In this document: positions 1-13,514 of the stretch, piece after piece
How the letters are laid out: every line of letters starts with the position of its first letter
Position numbering within the stretch: position 1 is the first letter of the stretch
Origin: Eledone cirrhosa
Lineage: Eukaryota
Reading direction: 5' to 3'
NCBI GenBank assembly: GCA_964016885.1
Contig: OZ024742.1
Location: 203,298,001-203,362,000, forward strand
DNA: 64,000 bases
Made by a program: the position numbers and the translations under genes
The notes under the pieces: model-generated
Told to the model about the DNA's origin: nothing
Database searches by the model: none
The model's input: the letters and a program-made list of their open reading frames with translations, nothing else

Positions 1-148
1 ACACAGAAGCGAAAAGCGAAAACCAACCAAACAGTGAGTGTGTTCTGTTATTAATTCTGGCAATATTACACAAATATGACCCTCCCCAAGTATAACAATA
101 TTTGTTTCGACACACGATTTCATATAAAAAACCTCGCAAAACTAATAA

Positions 149-150
<2 letters not shown>
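1..150 (+). repeat. 3' tail of a dispersed (TA)n-inserted repeat; same family as the HHR fold-back element at 26.9-27.4 kb
   Basis: Motif atgaccctccc(c/a)aagtataacaatat...tttc(g/a)acacacgatttca recurs at 23791-23876 (+), 26825-26890 (-), 26945-27050 (-), 27390-27437 (+) and 29203-29262 (-), each adjoining (TA)n. Confidence 0.7.
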
Positions 151-230
<80 letters not shown>

Positions 231-347
231 AGTTGAAAAAAATGAAAACGAAATTTCATTTCTCACTCTTAGTATGGCACTTACTTAAATGTAAGTATGT
301 ATGTATGTATACGTACATACATATATGTATACAGACGTACAGTAGCA

Positions 348-428
<81 letters not shown>

Positions 429-761
429 GCATACAGGTACACATACATATATGCACGCATCAGTTTAGCCAACGTTTATTATAACGCCGGCCGCTTTGTT
501 CGTTTGTTTGTCAACAAAGCGAACAGCCTGAATTTATGCCATACGGTGTTAAGGCAACCACGTCACCTTTTTGTTCAACACTGACACAGGAACGATGTAC
601 TAGTTTCAAGCTTGTTAGCTATCATTCATTTTTTTCAACTTATCGTTTTCGGTATGCCTGACCGATTTAACTCACTCAATATGCAAATTAGGCTGCTCAG
701 CCGTTAATTTTCATAAGGAAAGTATATACTTTCGAACGTTTAACTATCTGGCAGATGGGTA

Positions 762-806
762 AACGGTGCTGATGATAGCTAACAAGCTTGAAACTAGTAC
801 ATCGTT
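762..806 (+). ncRNA. Minimal type I hammerhead ribozyme motif
   Basis: aacggtg-CTGATGA-t agct aaca agct t-GAAA-ctag-TA-catcgtt. Helix I aacggtg/catcgtt has one G-U pair; helix III is the palindrome actagt; predicted cleavage after GUA at 799. Confidence 0.85.
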
Positions 807-968
807 CCTGTGTCAGTGTTGAACAAAAAGGTGACGTGGTTGCCTTAACACCGTATGGCATAAATTCAGGCTGTTCGCTTTGTTGACAAACAAACGAACA
901 AAGCGGCCGGCGTTATAATAAACGTCGGCTAAACTGATGCGTGCATATATGTATGTGTACCTGTATGC

Positions 969-1021
<53 letters not shown>

Positions 1022-1259
1022 TGCTACTGTACGTCTGTATACATATATGTATGTACGTATACATACATACATACTTACATTTAAGTAAGTGCCATACTAA
1101 GAGTGAGAAATGAAATTTCGTTTTCATTTTTTTCAACTTATCGTTTTCGGTATGCCTGACCGATTTAACTCACTCAATATGCAAATTAGGCTGCTAAGCC
1201 GTTAATTTTCATAAGGAAAGTATATACTTTCGAACGTTCAACTATCTGGCAGATGGGTA

Positions 1260-1304
1260 AACGGTGCTGATGATAGCTAACAAGCTTGAAACTAGTACAT
1301 CGTT
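1260..1304 (+). ncRNA. Minimal type I hammerhead ribozyme motif (second tandem copy)
   Basis: Identical to 762-806, one unit (498 bp) downstream. Confidence 0.85.
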
Positions 1305-1466
1305 CCTGTGTCAGTGTTGAACAAAAAGGTGACGTGGTTGCCTTAACACCGTATGGCATAAATTCAGGCTGTTCGCTTTGTTGACAAACAAACGAACAAA
1401 GCGGCCGGCGTTATAATAAACGTCGGCTAAACTGATGCGTGCATATATGTATGTGTACCTGTATGC

Positions 1467-1525
<59 letters not shown>

Positions 1526-1579
1526 TGCTACTGTACGTCTGTATACATATATGTATGTACGTATACATACATACATACT

Positions 1580-1775
<196 letters not shown>

Positions 1776-2029
1776 ATATATATATATGTATATATATGTA
1801 TATATATATATATATATATAGAAGTGGTTACACAACAGTTAGTTCACCATACTGAGAACAATTGTTTCACCTTAGCGGATCCTCTGCTCGGAATGGGCAT
1901 GGTTATAGGAACAAGAAGGATAACCGTACGAACGTGCATGCGCAGAAACCCGGTCACTTCACGCAGGCAATACTAGACTGCGTGCGAGAGGTGTAAGGGA
2001 GATAACTGCGAGAGTCCGAAAAGTCCGAA

Positions 2030-3995
2030 AAGATGGCGTGCCCTAGCTTTTGACGGCAAAATTACAGGCACCAACAACACCTTCAACCTGAAATCGAGAG
2101 CCTACCCTCCTAAGGTAACTGAACTTGTTCCTTTCGAGACGGACCTTCTTGACTTACTCGCTAACATTTCCTTTCGCAAACACACTAACACCTTTCAAAC
2201 GGAACTCATAAATGATATTAAGAAATTTAGGTCTTCTAATAACACCTTCGTTCTTTCCGACAAAACTAATAATACTTACGAAGTCGACAACACTACTTTC
2301 CGCCACCTGGCCATAACGCTATTACTTCTAAATATAAGAAAGCTAACCCTATGGTTAATACAGAAGCCAAGGAACTTGCCGCCGACCTTAAGGTAGATAA
2401 GAAGCTACAATCTCTAGCTAAGCGGGAGGCGTTCCTCGCACTGAAAGATCACAAGGTAGACTTCACTTCTAACCCCACCTGTAGACTAATAAACCCGGCA
2501 CGCACAGATATGGGACTAGTAAGTAAGGCCATACTTAGAAACATAGTTAAGACCATTAGGACCAAGTCCAACCTGCCCCAGTGGGAGAACAGCGACTCCG
2601 TAATTAAGTGGTTTAACTCCTTAAAATCCAAAAAAGCGAAGTTCACACAGTTTGACATTGTCGATTTTTACCCGTCGATCTCAGAGACCCTGTTAAACAA
2701 AGCGTTAGACTTCGCTACCACTTATACCACCGTCGATGGTTTAGACAGGGAAATCATCGCTCACTGCCGGAAAACCCTCCTCTTCAACGACGGAGTAGCC
2801 TGGGCAAAGCAGTCTACAAATTCAGACCTATTCGACATCTCTATGGCATCGTTTGACAGTAATGACGTATGTGACTTGGTTGGCCTATTTATCTTAGACA
2901 TATTACGTGTTAGATTCCCGGACTTCCACACGGGAATATACCGCGACGATGGGCTAACTTTATCGAGCCATAAAAGTGGTCACGACCTCGACCGGTTTAA
3001 AAAGACTTAGCTTCTACCTTCAATGAGTTAAGACTTAGGATAACAGTAGCCACCAACCTCTCTAGCGTAGATTTCTTAGACATTAATTTAGACCTTTCCA
3101 TAAGCTAGACCAGAAACTCAGTTACATTCACAAGGAGTCATGCCATCCTCCCACTGTTTTTAGAAACTTCGTTAAGAATATCAGTACTAGAATCTCAAAC
3201 CTCTCCTCTAATAAGGCTATCTTTTACAGGGCGACACCCTACTATAAAACGGCGTTGGCTAACAGCGGCTTCTCACGACCTATCACTTACCCTCCCACTA
3301 GCAACAGCACCATTAAGAAAAGTAAGCGCAACAATAGACAAACTATTTGGTTCTCTCCTCCCTTCTCACTCAACGTTAAGACCAATGTAGGAAAAAAATG
3401 TCTAGCTCTCTTAGATAGACACTTTCCCATAGGTCATAAATACCGCTCCATCTTTAACCGACACAAAGTTAAACTAGGATACTCCTGCGCTAAGAGCATG
3501 AAGGCCCGCATCACCAGCAGACCTAGGAGCAACACCCCACCAGGGTGCTCTTGCCGTAAGCCTGAAGCTTGCCCCCTTCAACAGCAATGCAACACACCAG
3601 CTGTAATTTATGAAGCTGTGGTCACTTCCAACCGACCAAACGAACCACAGGAGGTCAAATCCTATGTGGACATGGTGGAGGGCCGATTTAAGGAACGTTT
3701 CCTGAACCATCAATCTACCTTCAGGTACCCGGACAGACGTTCATCCACGAAACTCACGAGCCACGTATGGTCCCTCAAGGACTCAAGTATAGACTACTCC
3801 ATTCAATAGAAAGCCATCACTAAGTCCAAGCCATACGCAAGGGGAAATCCGACGTGTGGCTTATGTATTGACGAACGAATAACTATTCTAAAGAGATTAC
3901 GCAATAATGATTGCCTAAACACGAGAATTGAATTTTTCACACGTTGTCCACACGTCGCCAAACACCTATTGCATAAGTACAAGGCTCCAGACTGA
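2030..3995 (+). pseudogene. Disrupted PLE reverse transcriptase / GIY-YIG endonuclease ORF
   Basis: RT motifs FDIVDFYPSI, MASFDSNDVCDL and YRDDGL (ORF 2351-3010). CSCRKPEACPL, VIYEAVV..SYVD, FKERFLNH and VWSLK (ORF 3255-3809). Reading through the TAG at 3807 gives CGLC..LNTRIEFFTRCPH up to the TGA at 3993-3995. Confidence 0.9.
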
Positions 3996-4157
3996 TTCTT
4001 TGTAATTTTATTTTCAACCTAAAAACTTTTCGGACTTTCGCAGTTATCGCCCGTACACCTTTCGCACGCAGTCTAGTATTGCCTGTGTGAAGTGACCGGG
4101 TTTCTGCGCATGCGCGTTCGTACGGTTGTCCTTCCTGTTCCTATAACCATGCCGATT

Positions 4158-4197
4158 CCGAGCTGAGGATCCGCTAAGGTGAAACAATTGTTCTCGG
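4158..4197 (+). ncRNA. Minimal type I hammerhead ribozyme motif in the PLE 3' pLTR
   Basis: ccgag-CTGAGGA-t cc gctaa gg t-GAAA-caattg-TT-ctcgg. Helix I is perfect, helix III is the palindrome acaattgt, and the site is GUU. The inverted copy at 1852-1891 has a mutated core, CAGAGGA. Confidence 0.85.
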
Positions 4198-4331
4198 TAT
4201 GGTGAATTAACTGTTGTGTAAATACTTCTACCTAACTTGTCCCATGGACTGAGTGCTCTACCACTATATATATATATATATATATATATAGGAGGTGAGT
4301 TTTATTGTAGTACAATAAAGCCAGATAAAAT

Positions 4332-5309
4332 CCAGATAAAATCAAATATAGTAAAGAAACAAATTCTAGAAAAACTTACAGTAGAATAATTAATCATGAT
4401 CATTCCAATAATTTTAATAAAAGACCTAGATACAAAAACATAATCTGGTATAATGCTCCTTTCTCCATCTCTATTAATAACAATATTCCTAAATTATTTT
4501 TTAGTGCCTTAAATAAATGCTTCCCTCCCTCACATATCTATAGTAAAATATTTAACAAACACACCATCAAATTTTCTTATTCTACATCCTCCAATATTTC
4601 CAACATCATCTCTAAACACAACAATAAAATACTAAATACTAAATCTCTTCCTTCCAACATTGAATTTCATAATAACAGTAATAGTACTCCCGACGTCATT
4701 GTAAACCCTAGGCTAACTTCTGTAAACCCAAATATAACGTCAAACACAACTTCGCTAAATGTTCATAATCCAACTCTAAATCAAGAAACTATTATTCCTA
4801 TTATTCCTATCGCAAACAACTTCTCCAATCCAATTCCTTCTATAGATAACACTAGGTCACTCATTGATAATCTCTCTAATTGCAACTGCCGCATTAAAAA
4901 TAAATGTCCTCTCAACAACCATTGTCTTGATAAAAACTTAATTTATGAATGTAAAGTTATAACTAGCACCAATTCCTTCACCTATTTTGGCTCCACTTCC
5001 ACCTCTTTTAAAGCTCGTCTCTATAATCACCATTCATCTTTCAAATACAAACTTAAAAGAACCAACACGGCTCTCTCAGAACTCATATGGTCCTTGAAAG
5101 ACAAAAACATTAAATATACCATCTTTTGGAAGAAGGTTTCTTCTGCATCCTCATACTTGAACAGCTCTCTATCTAAAATCTGTAATCTCTGCCTAAATGA
5201 AAAATTTACCATTATCTCTAATCTAGATTCTATAATAAATAGACGTACAGATTTGTTTTCTATCTGCCTGCATAAATTCCATAGGACTTTTCACAAAGTA
5301 TACAGTTAA
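4332..5309 (+). pseudogene. PLE C-terminal region with GIY-YIG endonuclease; stop-free frame without an ATG
   Basis: Manual translation: IIWYNAPFS..HTIKFSYST..CNCRIKNKCPLNNHCLDKNLIYECKV..TYFGSTSTSFKARLYNH..ALSELIWSLK..CNLCLNEK..INRRTDLFSICLH. No stop seen from 4332 to 5306. Confidence 0.85.
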
Positions 5310-6142
5310 TATTCAATTCTTTATCAATTTAGAATCTTTTCTCAAAGGCACATATACATACACCTCTTTAAAATATACCCATCTTCCTACCTTACTTTAA
5401 ATGGCATTATACACTCTATAATACTTGTTTACTCATTACCCTCTTTCTATCTTCACCTTGTAAAATCCTTCATAACATATACATTTGTTTTTTTGACGTT
5501 AGAATATTCATCCGCAATTATTATTATTTTTTCTCTCTATCATAAAACTTTTTAATCTCAATTTCATCCTTAATTTATTATTTTTTTCTCCCCATCAACG
5601 AACTCATTCTTAATACATATTAACTTGTTCTTCGCACATATTATCAATTCCTTCAATATACAAACTTTAACTTCACATTATTTTTCTCAAATCCTTCTAC
5701 ACACAAACCTTAATAATTTATTTTCTCTTCGTTAATTTTGAAATTGCCACAATACTTATCAACATACACCTTTTTCACGTTAGAATATTCATCCACAATT
5801 ATTATTTTTTTCTCTCTATCTTCATACATAAACTCCCTCTCTTTCCTCGCAAATATTTTTCCCTTCGCTAATTTTCAAATTCTTTTAATTTATACATTAT
5901 CTTCCAACGGTTCTCAACCTCTCTATGTAAAACAATATATCTTTTCTCAGTTATAAAAACTATATCTTTCTCTCTATCACCCATCTCTCCCTCTCATCTC
6001 CTCCCCTTTTTCATCCCCCCCCCCCCTCTCTAAATAAAATATTTTTCCCAATATCACACATCAATCTAAAACCACTTTTCATATGTTGATTTAAAACTGC
6101 ACTATCCACAAGTGTTTTTTAGCCTTCATATCATGTTCTCCT

Positions 6143-6211
6143 GTTTTATCTGATGAAAACACAAATATTATTGCATGATGATGTTTGTTTTTGAAATGCG
6201 CATAATAAAAT
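6143..6211 (+). ncRNA. Type I hammerhead ribozyme motif with an extended helix II
   Basis: gttttat-CTGATGA-[aaacacaaatattat...atgatgtttgttttt]-GAAA-tgcgca-TA-ataaaat. Helix III is the palindrome atgcgcat; AUA site. Confidence 0.75.
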
Positions 6212-6424
6212 ACATGGAACTCCTTTAACCATCTTTTGATCTTATATTATATATATATATATATATAAGCTTTCCTGATGATTTCTTTTGGATAAAACCG
6301 TTCTAGTCGTATGGAAGCCATTTCTATATTAAACTTGTTTACACCCTACTAATTTATTGGGTACCTTACTAACTTTGTTTACCACGATTGAACTTGAAAC
6401 TTATATGTTTGTGTATATATATAT

Positions 6425-6510
<86 letters not shown>

Positions 6511-6894
6511 ACATATATATATATATAGGTATGTATTTAGTTAGTGTAGTGAGCAGAAAGTATCATTATGACATTCAGACACTGTAAACCATCTAATTGA
6601 ATATTTCATCTAAATCAAAGATTTCGAACCTAGGCGATTTCAAACGCTGATATGGTGATGTATAACTGAACAGAAAATGGTGAGTGATCGGAAATGTTCG
6701 TGGACGATATAGGATTTTGATTATTAAGAAGGTATTTCAACATATGCTACCGTCCAAAACATATCCAAAGGATTTATGCAAAGAACCTGTATAAAAAAAA
6801 GCAGGAGGTTAAATAGGAATAATGAACCAGTAACAAACTTTTACCAAATATTTTTGGTATGCTTTTGAACATTTACTATACAGGTGGGCGGTGG

Positions 6895-7023
6895 AATAAT
6901 TATCCATGTGGAAGTGGTGGTCGATGATTCAAAAAATGTTGAGAACCCTTGATCTAAAATTTAGATCAAGGGTCCTCAACCTTTTTTTAATCATCGACCA
7001 CCACTTCCACATGGATAATTATT
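6895..7023. repeat. Near-perfect 64-bp-arm palindrome containing hAT-MITE-like termini
   Basis: 6895-6958 is the reverse complement of 6960-7023 (about 3 mismatches, 1-nt spacer). Each arm begins tttagat-caagggt(t/c)ctcaac. Confidence 0.8.
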
Positions 7024-7103
7024 TAGATTCTAAATCATCATTTCTTCTATCTAAATCTAAACCTCACACTGGATCACACGCTCTCTCTCTCTCTCCCCTC
7101 TCT

Positions 7104-7169
<66 letters not shown>

Positions 7170-7443
7170 GACGCACACGCACACACACATGCACAGACAA
7201 ACGCATACATTGTTGTGTTGTGGGACCGTCCTCGGTTCCACCGAAGTGTGTTCCACTAATTTGGATTAAGGTAGAAGCCTTCTTGTTTAATTGACGTACA
7301 ACTGATGGAGCACTGAACAGACACGTGTATCCTTATCATAATTCCTATGGAGATTCAGTTCGATACAATGACTAACATGACTGGCCCTTTTGAATTACAG
7401 ATACAAATGTTTAGTTTTCAGCTTATTGGACTGGAGCAAGCCG

Positions 7444-7490
7444 AACCCTAACCTTAACTCTAACCCTAACCCTAACCCTAAACTGAACCC
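7444..7490 (-). repeat. Short interstitial telomere-like (TTAGGG)n tract
   Basis: aaccctaaccttaactctaaccctaaccctaaccctaa. Confidence 0.6.
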
Positions 7491-7527
7491 ATGAAACTCT
7501 AAGCGAAGTGCCTTAAAAATAGAAGAA

Positions 7528-7560
<33 letters not shown>

Positions 7561-7585
7561 AAAGAAGAAGAAGAAGAAGAAGAAG

Positions 7586-7616
<31 letters not shown>

Positions 7617-8220
7617 TGAGGTGAGGGAATGGAGAAGGAAATAAGGAGCGAGGAAAAAGAGGACGAAAAAACAAGAAGAAACAACAGCAGCAAAAGAGTT
7701 TGTGGCACATGTGACTTTTGTTTGATACACTGTCATACATGTACAATTACATACATAGTCACACACATACACAATCAGAGATCCACCGTTATATACATAC
7801 ACAGTTATACACACACACATGTACAACGTCATTCGCACATGCATCGCCACACACATAATTATTGGGTCGTCAAGTATGAAATTTGTAGACATTTCTTTTT
7901 GTTTCTAGAAATTCCGACAAATTTCATACTTGACGATCCAATAAACATTCACAGGCACACATATATAGTGTCGTACACATATGTACAGTCATGCATACAG
8001 GCATACACATATACATAGCCATACACACAAATATACACTTATGCACACACACACGGTCATACACAACATTCACACATACACAGCCATTTACACATTAGAG
8101 TCCCAAATATGTAATCATATACCCAAACACATGCCGAACTGCATGCGATCCTTTTTCTGTGAGCATATGCACTGTTAGAAATGGCAGTCACATCTTCCTC
8201 AAATCAGTCTTAATTTATAG

Positions 8221-8700
8221 AAGGACAAATTAATTATTGTAGACCTAGATTTGGAAAATGTTGGATAGGATTACTAGGGCTAGAACGTCATCGGTCATAG
8301 GGTCACAGGATCAGGGCTGGCTATTGACTAAACAACAAATGACACATGTGATAATGTAGTTTTTAGATATATTATGTCTACTGGTCACAGCTGTAACTCT
8401 TTGGTCTTAGGTTTCTTGGATTAGAACTGACATCGTGCTAAAGAAAGACACGAACATAAAGGAATGTCACATTAGACAATGTAGTCCTAGATACACCATG
8501 ACTAAAAATAGGAACGAGCGGCCGTAGCTCGAATATCTTGGAATTTAGGTCTCGGGATCAGAGATAATTTGGGTCTAAATAACATGAAGGAATGACACAT
8601 TAGATATTGTAGTCCTAGATATAATAAGACAGGATAGTTATTGCAAATCCTTTGCGATCATAGTTTTGCTGGATTAAAATAGGGCTTGACCTAAAGAACT
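8221..8700 (+). repeat. Degenerate tandem copies of a dispersed repeat of about 120 bp
   Basis: Recurring cacattagataatgtagtcctagatac...ggtca...gatcag...ctaaacaaca, about 4 copies. Relatives at about 29745-29860, 30305-30710 and 62570-62675. Confidence 0.55.
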
Positions 8701-8933
8701 ACCTCAAAACTGTTGCTCACATTAAATATCGTTTTCTTATATTCATTACGTATATACATACACACGTATATATGGACACATATACATAAATACCGACATA
8801 CACATACATAATACTCATACACACATACACACATACACACATGCATACATAGACACACGCACACACATATGTATACATATACATATATATATACAAATAC
8901 ATACATATATATATGCACACATACACACACACG

Positions 8934-9048
<115 letters not shown>

Positions 9049-9089
9049 TATATTGAAAAAAAAATCGAAGACTTAATTATATTGTATAT

Positions 9090-9184
9090 TAATTAACGCA
9101 CGTTTCTTCCACATCATAAGCAGACATATAATCAATTAATAGTTAATTAATTATATCAACAAAATACTGGATTCATCAGAATTA
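9090..9184 (-). ncRNA. Type I hammerhead ribozyme motif in an insert of about 165 bp between (TA)n tracts
   Basis: Minus strand: taatt-CTGATGA-a tcca...gatataattaattaa cta ttaattgattatatgtc...tgga a-GAAA-cgtgcg-TT-aatta. Helix III is near-palindromic; GUU site. Confidence 0.75.
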
Positions 9185-9285
9185 TTCGAAAACGATTTCT
9201 TGTAAACTGCATATATATATATATATATATATATTTTAAAAATCATATATATATATATATATATTTTAAAAATCTAAAGTATGTC

Positions 9286-9525
9286 TTAAGCCAAAAGGCT
9301 CATTTGGCCGGTGCTTATCCCGATTTCATGGGGTGAAGCGACTGAGAGTACAAGACTCCCCCCGCCCCTGAACAGGACGCCAATCCATCGCAGGGTTAAA
9401 TCCCAGCTATTACTGATATTCATTTTCACCTGAGTATACTGGAGCAACGTGAAATGAAGTGTTTTGCTCAAGAACACAACACACAACCCAGGAATCGATC
9501 CCTTAACACTAGGCCACGTACCTTC
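9286..9525 (-). mobile_element. SINE family 2 (tRNA-like head)
   Basis: Homologous to 35891-36148 (+) and 63065-63298 (-): gtgttcttgagcaaaacacttcatttcacgttgctccag...aaccctgcgatgga(c/t)tggcgtcc. Confidence 0.75.
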
Positions 9526-9590
9526 ACACACGCACACACACACACATATATATATAAACATATACTCTCACACACACAAACACATACACA

Positions 9591-9624
<34 letters not shown>

Positions 9625-9834
9625 ATATATATATATAGAGAGAGAGAGAATGAATTGTTTTATCTACAAACACATAGAAACATTAACTGAATTTGCATTC
9701 ATGACATATGAGCAGAGTTCTCAAGCAAATAAGACACACATACACACACACATATATATACATACATACATACATGCATACATACATACATACATGCACA
9801 CATACACACATGCACACGCTCACACACGCACACA

Positions 9835-9882
<48 letters not shown>

Positions 9883-10359
9883 TACATACACACATACACA
9901 TATATATACATATAAATGAATAAAACGATATATATGTCAATGTGTGTATTTGCCTCTGTGCTTTTGTCTGTTACGCAAGTATATAATGAGTATAGTGAAT
10001 ACAAATCGTTGTGAGAAGAATACCAATAGACAACATATAATGCAGATAGACAGACAAGAAAAATTTAAAAAAAGAAAAGAGATAAAACGCAAACAATATG
10101 GCGGACAATGTCGTCTGCAACTCCAGTGTAACTGTACAGAGTTACATACAGCTGACCGATTCAGTACTATCTCCAACAACATCTGACTACAGTGGCTGCT
10201 CACATTAATAAATTACCATACTAAATCAAAGAGTTCGGTCGACAGTCTCTGAAGATTAACTTCTGTCTTAGTTTATTAATCTCCACACCGTCTGTCTGTC
10301 TCTCTTTCTCTAACGGTTTATATGTTTGCCTGTCTATTTTTGTGCATGTCACTTATTTA

Positions 10360-10418
<59 letters not shown>

Positions 10419-10419
10419 C

Positions 10420-10464
<45 letters not shown>

Positions 10465-10684
10465 CTCTCATTGAGTCAGTAATTTTCTCCTTGCTCAGCC
10501 TTTGACTTCTTTGACTTAATCTCTTTATCGTGCGCACACACATAAATGTACACATACGTGTGTATTACACCACACCATACGAACCCGTATTCCAACAGGG
10601 TCTATTTAATCGCTTTGACCTGCTCGAAATAGCAACAAAATCTCCTTCAAACCACGCTTAAAGATATGGAAAGACAAACTAGAG

Positions 10685-10830
<146 letters not shown>

Positions 10831-10974
10831 CGTGTGAGTGTGTGTTCAGGATATCCGAAATAAAATGCCCAAAACAAAGCCCAGTCTTGTACAAGAGACC
10901 TTATTTAGTACATATTAAAATGTCATACAATTACGTTCTCATCAGATAAAATTTGCGTTCTCATGAGATAATAC

Positions 10975-12423
10975 AATAATGCGCTTTCCAGAGCCGGTTA
11001 TCCTGACAAAATTAAATACAGTAAAGAAACCAATCATCGAGGGACTTATAGTAAAATACTTAGTTATGAGTATTCCAATAACTTAAAGAAAAGATCTAGA
11101 TATAAAAATATGATTTAGTACAACGCTCCTTTTTCTCTATCTATTACTAGTAACATTCCTAAACTATTTTTTAGGGCCTTAGATAAATGCTTCCCCCCCC
11201 CCCTCGCATATTTATAGCAAGATCTTTAACATACATACTATTAAAATCTCTTAATCCACCACTTCCAACATCTCTAACATTATCTCTAAACATAATAATA
11301 AAATATTAAATAATAAATTATATCCATCCAACACTGAGCGTCATAATAATTGCAATAGTAAACCCGACGTCAATGTTAACTCTAGGTTAGATTCCGTAAA
11401 TTTAAATACGACGTCAAACCTAACTTTGTCGAATGTTCATAACACCAATCTAAATCAGGAAACTTTAGCACCTATCGAAAATAACTTCTCCAATCCAATT
11501 CCTTCTATAAATAATACTAGGTCACTTGTTAATAACTCTGGTAATTTCTCTAATCGTAATTGCAATTGTCCTGTTAGAACTAAATGTACTCTTAGTAACC
11601 AATGTCTTGATAAAAATTTAGTGTATGAATGTAAGGTTATAACTGGTACTATTTCTTGGAGGAAGGTTTGCAACCTGAATTCTTCCCTATCCAGAACATG
11701 TAATCTCTACCTAGCCGTGAAATTTACCATTATCTCTAATTTTAATCCTATAATAAATAGACATACGGATTTATTTTCGCTCTGCTTGCATAAATCCCAT
11801 AGAACTTTCCATAAAGTATACAGCTAATATCTTACTACCTAATTAGTTTAAAATCTTCTTTTCTCAAACGCTTTTATATCTTTTACAAATATACCCATCT
11901 TTCTACCTTTTTTCAGTATATTATACAATTTACTCATTCTATGTCGTTAGCGGTCCCCTATTTTTCTTCTTTTTTATCCTTTTTTCTTTTTTAATTTCTA
12001 ATCTTTAATCTGCAACTTTTACTTCTCAATTACTTCTTAATTCATATTATAACTCACTATAGCATTTTCCTTGTATTCTCGGCAATACACATTTTCATTT
12101 TTAATATATACTAATATTACCATTAGTAAATTTTGTAAACATATATTTTTTTTTACGTTATATATTTTTTCTTCCTTGAATTTTCTTCTTTCTTCTCTCC
12201 TTCCGTGCTCGTATTACTTTTTCCTATTACAATACATTGAAACAAACTTGGACCCTAACTAATTCATCTAAGTTCATAATTCATTTAACCTTATCTTCAT
12301 TCACCTTATCTCCTTAATATTTTTTATTTTAATAATACATTTTAATAAATTCTTTTTCGCACATATTATTAAAGCCATATTATTAAAGCCTAATATATAA
12401 ACCTTAAATAAATAGTATTCTAT

Positions 12424-12425
<2 letters not shown>
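10975..12425 (+). mobile_element. Degenerate copy of PLE family 2 with an internal deletion in the GIY-YIG domain
   Basis: Aligns with 4332-5450: CNCPVRTKCTL..DKNLVYECKVITG joins directly to TISWRKV; same C-terminus TFHKVYS; stops and frameshifts present. Confidence 0.8.
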
Positions 12426-12470
<45 letters not shown>

Positions 12471-12682
12471 CAATCTCTTCTCAACATATATTAATAACCT
12501 TAAATTACCACACTATTAATGGAAAGATATGCTGATGAGAATAGGTGCAAATATGCGATAATGAATGTGTCTAAAAACGTCCATAAGTATGTATATATAT
12601 GTGAAAATGTATATAAATAAGTAAATATATATATATGTTTGATGTGTATAGTTAGATGTAAGTGTATTCATGTATTAATTTG

Positions 12683-12782
<100 letters not shown>

Positions 12783-13393
12783 TAGATGTGTATGTATATG
12801 TATATGTGTACACATAGACTAGAGTATGTATGTATATGTGTGTATGTATATGTATATATATATGTATATGTGTACACATAGACTAGAGTATGTATGTATG
12901 TGTGTGTCTATACGTGTGTATATAAAGATAAGTTGAGTATGAAAATGTATACACATGAACGCGTATGTATGTACATGAATACATGTGTGTATATACATAT
13001 GTACGCATGTGCATATGTATGTAAGTATGAACATGTTACTATGTGAATGTGAGTATATGTATTTTGTAGAGGTGTGCAAATATATTTGTGTGTGAATACG
13101 TGGGTGAAAGGATACGTACACTTGAAAGAAAAATTTAAGTCTGAATGTTAATTAAGTGCAAACACAAAACCAACCACGCATATCTTTACTATCTCTAATC
13201 CTTCTATAGATTTAGAAAAATAACCAATAATATATTCTATAAAAATGTCAAAACAACAGATGGGAATCTAATTACTCACTGCCACCAAAAATTCTCACTG
13301 CTATCAAAAAACCACTCCCTCAACTATTCTTCTAACAACTTCACCACTCCCTCCTAATATTCTCTATAAAAACCAAATAGGTCCTCAGTAATA

Positions 13394-13514
13394 TTATTCT
13401 GATGAAATGACAGTAAATAATAACATTGAAATATTGATTGTCTGCATAACTAAAACTTTGTAGATAGCAGCTGTTTTCAGGTTATGTAACTGTTATAGAA
13501 ACACGTGTCAATAA
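13394..13514 (+). ncRNA. Type I hammerhead ribozyme motif with a helix II of about 90 nt, in a pLTR-like insert (about 13130-13665)
   Basis: ttatt-CTGATGA-a atgacagt...actgttat a-GAAA-cacgtg-TC-aataa. Helix III is the palindrome acacgtgt; canonical GUC site. Confidence 0.8.

Larger units (their letters stand above)
1819..4265 (+). mobile_element. Penelope-like element (RT plus C-terminal GIY-YIG), 5'-truncated, with an inverted pseudo-LTR upstream
   Basis: 1819-2024 is an inverted copy of 4025-4230 (about 14 mismatches). The coding remnant lies between them, (TA)n flanks both sides, and the 3' pLTR carries an HHR. Confidence 0.9.
4291..6250 (+). mobile_element. Second PLE family, 5'-truncated (thumb/linker plus GIY-YIG plus long 3' pLTR with HHR)
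   Basis: Coding frame 4332-5309 is followed by about 900 bp of pyrimidine-rich 3' region, with an internal direct repeat at about 5474-5541 / 5761-5820 and an HHR at 6143-6211. (TA)n on both sides. Confidence 0.85.

Noticed and set aside
7444-7490. Chromosome end or fusion site
   Set aside because: Only about 6 imperfect units in one orientation
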